64,000 nucleotides of DNA from Nitrosopumilaceae archaeon. Its GTDB lineage: Archaea; Thermoproteota; Nitrososphaeria; Nitrososphaerales; Nitrosopumilaceae. How positions within the stretch are numbered: position 1 is the stretch's first letter; every line of letters starts with the position of its first letter. Below, one piece after another: positions 59,601 to 64,000 of this stretch. The translations under genes and the position numbers were made by a program. The notes under the pieces are model-generated. The model made no database searches and had not been told where the DNA came from. It worked only from the letters and a program-made list of their open reading frames with translations. Location of the stretch: NCBI GenBank assembly GCA_965207375.1, contig OZ242274.1:32001-96000 (forward strand), in the 5' to 3' direction.

Positions 59601-59988
59601 AGATGCACGCATTTGATTTTGCCATTACCGGTACATCTCCAATGTGAACAAATCTAGATTCTAGTGTTTTTCCGTCTTCAACTACACTTGCATCCATCAT
59701 GACGGGGGCAGAATAAGAAACGTTTCGAAGTCTAGCCTCTGCAGGAGTGACGTGTGTAATTGAACCGTCAAGCTCCATCATTCTTGGCTTTTGAAGTTTG
59801 ATTTTTCCAAGTTGAATTTTGTATGGATATTCTGCGTTTTCGATTTCAATCTGTGCAACCTCATCAATGATACTTTGCAGTCCACGTTCTAGAAATTCGT
59901 CAAATGAATTAAGGTGCTGTCTTGCAATGCCCTCACGTTTGAGAATATCCTGAATGATTGGCCAGCGTTTGATTGAAGGATCTGTCAT
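56641..59988 (-). CDS. rpoB: DNA-directed RNA polymerase subunit B (unsplit)
   Basis: GGYFIINGSER, GDKFASRHGQKG, GGLRFGEMERD, C-terminal Zn motif. Confidence 0.98.
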   Translation of the reverse strand: MTDPSIKRWPIIQDILKREGIARQHLNSFDEFLERGLQSIIDEVAQIEIENAEYPYKIQLGKIKLQKPRMMELDGSITHVTPAEARLRNVSYSAPVMMDASVVEDGKTLESRFVHIGDVPVMAKSNACILNNFTNQKLVEHGEDPNDPGGYFIINGSERVVVGLEDLSYNKIIVDRETVGGNIVFKAKVYSSIVGYRAKLELVMKNDGLIVARIPGSPVDIPVVTLMRALGLESDREIAAAVSLVEQIQDELEGSFEKAGDVPTSKDAIVYISKRIAPGMLEEFQIKRAETLLDWGLLPHLGKHPENRKEKAQFLGEAACKLLELKLGWITPDDKDHYGNKVIKFAGQMLADLFRTAFRNLVRDMKYQLERSGQKRGINAVAAAIRPGIITDKLNNAIATGNWGRGRVGVTQLLDRTNYLSTISHLRRIQSPLSRTQPNFEARDLHATHFGRICPSETPEGSNCGLVKNLALSAIISVNVPSEEIVEKLYDLGAVHFSEAKEDIKSDGTRVFVDGKFIGYYKVGEQLADSLRELRRNSKIHPHVGVSFHKSEQEGTTKRIYINCNAGRVLRPLIIITDGKSLLTAELLEKISKKLLSWNDLLRMGVIELIDANEEENCYVTLDEKDTKKHTHLEIFPPAILGAGASIIPYPEHNQSPRNTYESAMAKQSLGFSTPMMNTSTYVRQHFMLYPQTPIVNTKAMNLLGLEDRPAGQNCVVAVLPFDGYNIEDAIVLSKASVDRGLGRTFFYRIYDAEAKQYPGGMRDSFEIPNADDNIRGYKGEKAYRLLEEDGVIATESSVLGGDILIGKTSPPRFMEEYREFESSGPYRRDTSIGVRPSETGVVDTVVMTQSNEGGKMYKIRVRDVRIPEIGDKFASRHGQKGVLGILAKNEDLPYTEDGISPDVLINPHAFPSRMTVGMFMESVCGKAAALRGKKFDGSAFVGEKMDEVKQVMNAHGFEYSGKEIMYDGRTGKSFPVEVFIGVVYYQKLHHMVADKIHARARGQVQMLTKQPTEGRARGGGLRFGEMERDCLIAYGASMILKDRLLDESDKSDVFVCERCGLVAYHDVKQRKYVCRVCGDKAKVSSVSVAYAFKLLLQEMQSLNVAPRLLIKEKI

Positions 59989-60240
59989 CTAGACTTCCAC
60001 CACGTATCTGTAATAATCAGAGGTCCCAGCAGTTGCACTCTTTCTAGTAATCTTTATCATGTCACCCGGCTTTACACCAAGTCCCAAAATTGCAGGATCA
60101 TTTGCAAAAATTAACGGTAGTTCTGTGGGCTGACAGTTGAATTTCTTGAGAACATCAGCAGCTGCCTCCTTTGGCATAATTTCATGTTTTGGAACATAAA
60201 CGTGATCGGGTACCAAAATGGGGTTTTTCTTAGTTACCAT
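59989..60240 (-). CDS. rpoH: DNA-directed RNA polymerase subunit H (Rpo5)
   Basis: HVYVPKHE, LPLI-x3-DP, IKITRKSATAG, YRYV. Confidence 0.96.
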   Translation of the reverse strand: MVTKKNPILVPDHVYVPKHEIMPKEAAADVLKKFNCQPTELPLIFANDPAILGLGVKPGDMIKITRKSATAGTSDYYRYVVEV

Positions 60241-60413
60241 AAAGGCCTACCTCTCAAAATAACATTAGATGTAGAGAAAAATAATACTGACAAACTGTCA
60301 ACGATTCTCCGAGAGGTTAATATATATCTAATCTGGAAAATTTTATTTTTTTTTGCTATTTGTCAATTAAAATTTTCTTAACCTTAAATAGTATTATTAT
60401 GAGCGTAAATTCG

Positions 60414-61271
60414 ATGAATACTCATCTATCGGTGTTATTTTTATCTGCAATACTAATTGCAAGCGTAGGATTAACACCATCTTATGCACAAGTCGCCGAG
60501 CCAATCATGGTTACCACCGACAAAGAGTCTTACTCTGATGGAGAAACCATAATGGTTTCTGGCGAAGTACGAGATATGTTGTCAGGTATTCCTGTCACTT
60601 TGAGAGTACTAGCTCCAAATGGCAACCTAGTTGCCGTGGAACAACTAACCATTGGATCTGATAAAAAATACAGTGTGGACCTTGTCGCAGGCGGTACTTC
60701 ATGGAGAGCTGCAGGTGAATACACCATAAGTGTAGTATACGGATCTCAAACCAGAGTGGCAGATACGACATTTGACTTTGGCGGGTCTACAGGCATAATA
60801 CCAAAAGACGATACAAGTCCGATATCTAGTTCTGATACGTTTAGTCTAGAGGTTGAGGGATTAGATCCTGTCAGCATAGGCTATTTGATAACAGGTGGTA
60901 GCGTCAACGGTATGACCGTAAGCGATGAATCAGCATCATTGATCGTTTCAATAGATGCAACAGATGACGGCGAACTGACCCTGACACTGCCAAGAGCTGT
61001 GATCGATGCCAAAATGAATGGTTGTGAAGGTGATGACGACGTTTTCTATATACTAGTGGACTTGGAAGAAGTAGACTTTGAGCAAACAAAGACTGACATG
61101 GATAGAACAGTAACTATTCCATTCTTTGCAGGAGCCGAGGAGATCGAAATAGTAGGTACTTGTGCAATTCCAGAATTTGGCACTATTGCAGCTTTGATTC
61201 TAGCAGTGGCAATTGTATCAATAATTGCAGTATCTGCAAGATCCAGACTCAGCATAATGCCAAAATACTAG
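60414..61271 (+). CDS. PEFG-CTERM sorting-domain surface protein
   Basis: Signal peptide, Ig-like domains, C-terminal PEFG + TM + basic tail; likely start 60414. Confidence 0.92.
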   Translation: MNTHLSVLFLSAILIASVGLTPSYAQVAEPIMVTTDKESYSDGETIMVSGEVRDMLSGIPVTLRVLAPNGNLVAVEQLTIGSDKKYSVDLVAGGTSWRAAGEYTISVVYGSQTRVADTTFDFGGSTGIIPKDDTSPISSSDTFSLEVEGLDPVSIGYLITGGSVNGMTVSDESASLIVSIDATDDGELTLTLPRAVIDAKMNGCEGDDDVFYILVDLEEVDFEQTKTDMDRTVTIPFFAGAEEIEIVGTCAIPEFGTIAALILAVAIVSIIAVSARSRLSIMPKY

Positions 61272-61334
61272 ACTTTTCAACCTTTTTTCTTATTTTTCAA
61301 ATATATAAATAATAATGAATATTTGTACAAGTAG

Positions 61335-62180
61335 ATGGTTTTACAAAAAAAGACATCAATTTCACTGATGCTTGTAGCAGTTTCAGTAATCGTAATGAGT
61401 TCTATGGGAGCATCATATGCTCAACAAACCGGAATGTCAATTACAGCAACTGCACAAGATGGTTCCAATACCATAAAAGTGACTGTCAATACAGTATCCA
61501 AAGCAAACGATGTCACCATACTAGTAGAATCACCAACCAAAAATGTGATCGAGGTCGCACAGTATAGTCCGGGCGAATCTGGAATGATTGAAGAAATGAT
61601 CAGAACTGATGGCATATTCTGGAACCAGGATGGTTTCTACACCATTACAGCACAACAGGGTGATGCTTCATTAAACAAACTATCAGTCAGGGTGCAAGTA
61701 GTTGGTGGCACAACCTTTGAAACTATGGTTACCCAATCAACATTTGAAAACACCATGATAGGAGGCAGCAACAATGTGGTCTCAATGGACGGACTTGAAA
61801 TAACAGCCGATGCGATGGAAGGTTCTGACACAATCACAATAATTGGCAAGACAGACAGAATGCAATTCCCAATTACATTGGAGGTTATTGCACCAAATGG
61901 AAACATCATCTCCGTTGATCAAGTCTCACCAACTACAGATGGCACCTTTTTAGTTGACATTATGGTAGGAGGCTCACTTTGGAGTCAAGATGGTGACTAT
62001 ACAATCACAGCTCAACAGGGAGAAAATCCAAATTACAAAGATTCAGTGCAGGTTGAAATACTAGATGGACTGGTAGTTCCAGAATTTGGTACTATTGCAG
62101 CTTTGATTCTAGCAGTGGCAATTGTATCAATAATTGCAGTATCTGCAAGATCCAGACTCAGTATAATGCCAAAATACTAG
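61335..62180 (+). CDS. PEFG-CTERM sorting-domain surface protein (two internal Ig-like repeats)
   Basis: Signal peptide; W-x-QDG-x-YTITAQQG twice; PEFG-CTERM. Confidence 0.92.
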   Translation: MVLQKKTSISLMLVAVSVIVMSSMGASYAQQTGMSITATAQDGSNTIKVTVNTVSKANDVTILVESPTKNVIEVAQYSPGESGMIEEMIRTDGIFWNQDGFYTITAQQGDASLNKLSVRVQVVGGTTFETMVTQSTFENTMIGGSNNVVSMDGLEITADAMEGSDTITIIGKTDRMQFPITLEVIAPNGNIISVDQVSPTTDGTFLVDIMVGGSLWSQDGDYTITAQQGENPNYKDSVQVEILDGLVVPEFGTIAALILAVAIVSIIAVSARSRLSIMPKY

Positions 62181-62238
62181 ACTTTTTTTCTTTTTTTAAT
62201 ATATACATAAATAGAGATATTGAATACTCGCAAACAAG

Positions 62239-63105
62239 ATGAACATCCGTACGTCGTACATGCTAGCAGCAGTTCTATCCGTAGTAGGGGCATTTGCATT
62301 ATCTCCAGCTTTTGCATTAGAACAATCATGTCCAGACTGTATTGAATCCGATTCAGCAATAGCTACAAAGGCGTTGTTAAATGATATACCGGTTTCAGTA
62401 TGGACAGATGCAGAAGTTTACAGTCATGATGCTACCATCATGGTAGATGGAATGGTGGCAAATGTGAGACATATGATTCCAGTAACTATTACTGTGATCA
62501 GTCCAACAAACAACGTTGTCACAATCGACCAAGTTGACCCAAACAGTGATGGCACATATTCTACCACACTAAATACTGCAGGAGCACTGTGGAAATATGA
62601 CGGCACATATACAATCAGAGTCCAATACGGTTCTCAGGATATTAACAACAAAGTCTTAGTTGAATTAACTGGCGGAGTTCCAACAAATATCCAACCAATG
62701 ACACCACCAATGGATTGCACAGGTAATGAATTATCTATAGATGATCATTGCATACCCTTTAGCATCACAGGCGGTTCAGTAACAGGTGGACAGATCAATG
62801 CAGGTACATCAATTGTTGTCAGAATCAGCTCAACAGAGTCAGGCATGATAACACTTAGTCCGGCACCAAGTGTGTTCCGAGGTTTGGAATTAACATTTGT
62901 TGATGGCGAACAATGGGACGATGTAAAAGTTGATGGAAATGACATTACAATATACTTCCCGGCAGGAGCCGAGGAGGTTGAGATCGTAGGCAAGTTCGTA
63001 GTTCCAGAATTTGGTACTATAGCAGCTTTGATTCTAGCAGTAGCAATTGTATCAATAATTGCAGTATCTGCAAGATCCAGACTCAGTATAATGCCAAAAT
63101 ACTAG
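62239..63105 (+). CDS. PEFG-CTERM sorting-domain surface protein
   Basis: Signal peptide, Ig-like domains, PEFG-CTERM. Confidence 0.92.
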   Translation: MNIRTSYMLAAVLSVVGAFALSPAFALEQSCPDCIESDSAIATKALLNDIPVSVWTDAEVYSHDATIMVDGMVANVRHMIPVTITVISPTNNVVTIDQVDPNSDGTYSTTLNTAGALWKYDGTYTIRVQYGSQDINNKVLVELTGGVPTNIQPMTPPMDCTGNELSIDDHCIPFSITGGSVTGGQINAGTSIVVRISSTESGMITLSPAPSVFRGLELTFVDGEQWDDVKVDGNDITIYFPAGAEEVEIVGKFVVPEFGTIAALILAVAIVSIIAVSARSRLSIMPKY

Positions 63106-63129
63106 ACTTTTTTTCTTTTTTTGTTTTTT
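63106..63129 (+). terminator. Oligo-T archaeal terminator-like tract
   Basis: T-rich run directly after the stop codon; equivalent tracts follow the stops at 61271 and 62180. Confidence 0.55.
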
Positions 63130-63186
63130 CAGAATTTTACTAGTATCAATAGCAAAGGAAATATACAATTATCATGGAAAAAAAAT

Positions 63187-63996
63187 GTGCGACTAGAATT
63201 TTTCTTGATAACAACATTGATTTTATCATTGACGGTTCCGGCATTTGCACAGGATACACCCTCACCACTGCTATCAGTAAAGGTTGCAAAGGACACATAC
63301 AGTGAGGGGGAAACAATAGTAATTTCAGGAAATGTGAGAACGGTAATTGCAGATACCCCAATAATCATACAGATAATTTACAAAGGCAATTTCATAGAGG
63401 TGGCACAAATCGCCCCCGCACAGGACGGAAGCTTTACTAGCACAGTACTTGCACAGGGTCCACTATGGCAAAATGCCGGAGAATACACAATCAAGGCATC
63501 ATACAGCACAGATGCAGCATCTGAGGCAACATTTAACTTTTTGACAGAGCAGGAAAAACCAGAAGTCAAAGATATTTTTGAAGTAGAAGCAGGAGATTCA
63601 GGAACATTTGATGTCGGATATACAATTCAGGGAGGAAAGGTATCTGATATTATAATTGATCCAGAATCACTGTCATTGATTACAACAATTGATTCATCAG
63701 ATCATGGCAGTATAATATTGGAATTGCCCAGAAAATTCATAGATGCCAAGACCAACGGCTGTGAGGGAATTGATGACAACTATATCGTCCAGATAGATGG
63801 AAACCAGGTATCATATCAGCAGAGACAGGCAGACCTAGACCGCATCTTAACAATAGAGTTTCAAGAGGGAGACGGTAAAATTACAGTTATTGGAACCTGC
63901 ATAATTCCTGAATTTGGCAGCATAGCAATGGTAATTTTAGCAATAGCTACGGTGACAGGTATAGTAATGTCAAAAAGGGCCACGAATAGAATTTAA
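63187..63996 (+). CDS. PEFG-CTERM sorting-domain surface protein (divergent tail)
   Basis: Signal peptide ending AFA; C-terminal IPEFGSIAMVILA...; likely GTG start at 63187. Confidence 0.9.
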   Translation: MRLEFFLITTLILSLTVPAFAQDTPSPLLSVKVAKDTYSEGETIVISGNVRTVIADTPIIIQIIYKGNFIEVAQIAPAQDGSFTSTVLAQGPLWQNAGEYTIKASYSTDAASEATFNFLTEQEKPEVKDIFEVEAGDSGTFDVGYTIQGGKVSDIIIDPESLSLITTIDSSDHGSIILELPRKFIDAKTNGCEGIDDNYIVQIDGNQVSYQQRQADLDRILTIEFQEGDGKITVIGTCIIPEFGSIAMVILAIATVTGIVMSKRATNRI

Positions 63997-64000
63997 AAAT

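Noticed and set aside
52854-59988. Unsplit rpoA and rpoB as a novelty
   Set aside because: Established trait of Thaumarchaeota; used only as a taxonomic marker.
61170-63105. Repeated 3' cassettes as DGR template/variable repeats
   Set aside because: The few differences are all synonymous and include C/T changes, and there is no reverse transcriptase in the window.

Overview
This is an archaeal chromosome segment from an ammonia-oxidising archaeon of the Nitrosopumilaceae (Thaumarchaeota/Nitrososphaerota). The evidence is the unsplit rpoA and rpoB, tandem PEFG-CTERM surface proteins, intron-containing tRNAs and the gene order. Most of the window is conserved core: leuC with hacAB-like hydro-lyase genes, cofE, 2-oxoacid:ferredoxin oxidoreductase, the rpl18-rps5-rpl30-rpl15-secY-adk-DUF106-cmk-cbf5 operon, argF, ftsY, prefoldin, sod, pckA, secE-spt5-rpl11, rpl1-rpl10, rpl12, alaS, leuS and the rpoH-rpoB-rpoA-rpl30e-nusA-rps12-rps7 cluster. 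On top of this is a substantial mobile-DNA load. An intact ISH3-type IS has split a 178-aa gene that can be reconstructed in frame. A decayed IS110/IS1111-type element keeps a 3' non-coding end with a two-module, bridge-RNA-like architecture. There is also an IS5-like transposase remnant and several families of ~100-bp MITE-like repeats. An accessory 728-aa secreted protein (Calx-beta-like domain, polyQ, a three-copy helical repeat) lies between 43-bp direct repeats and has a C10 tract in its promoter. Other points are a two-intron tRNA-Gln, a doubly coupled 25-codon ORF between rpl30e and nusA, and a perfect 21-bp x10 VNTR in ftsY. A host-associated (e.g. sponge) lifestyle is plausible but is only inference. 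Product calls come from motif recognition by eye; no database search was run.
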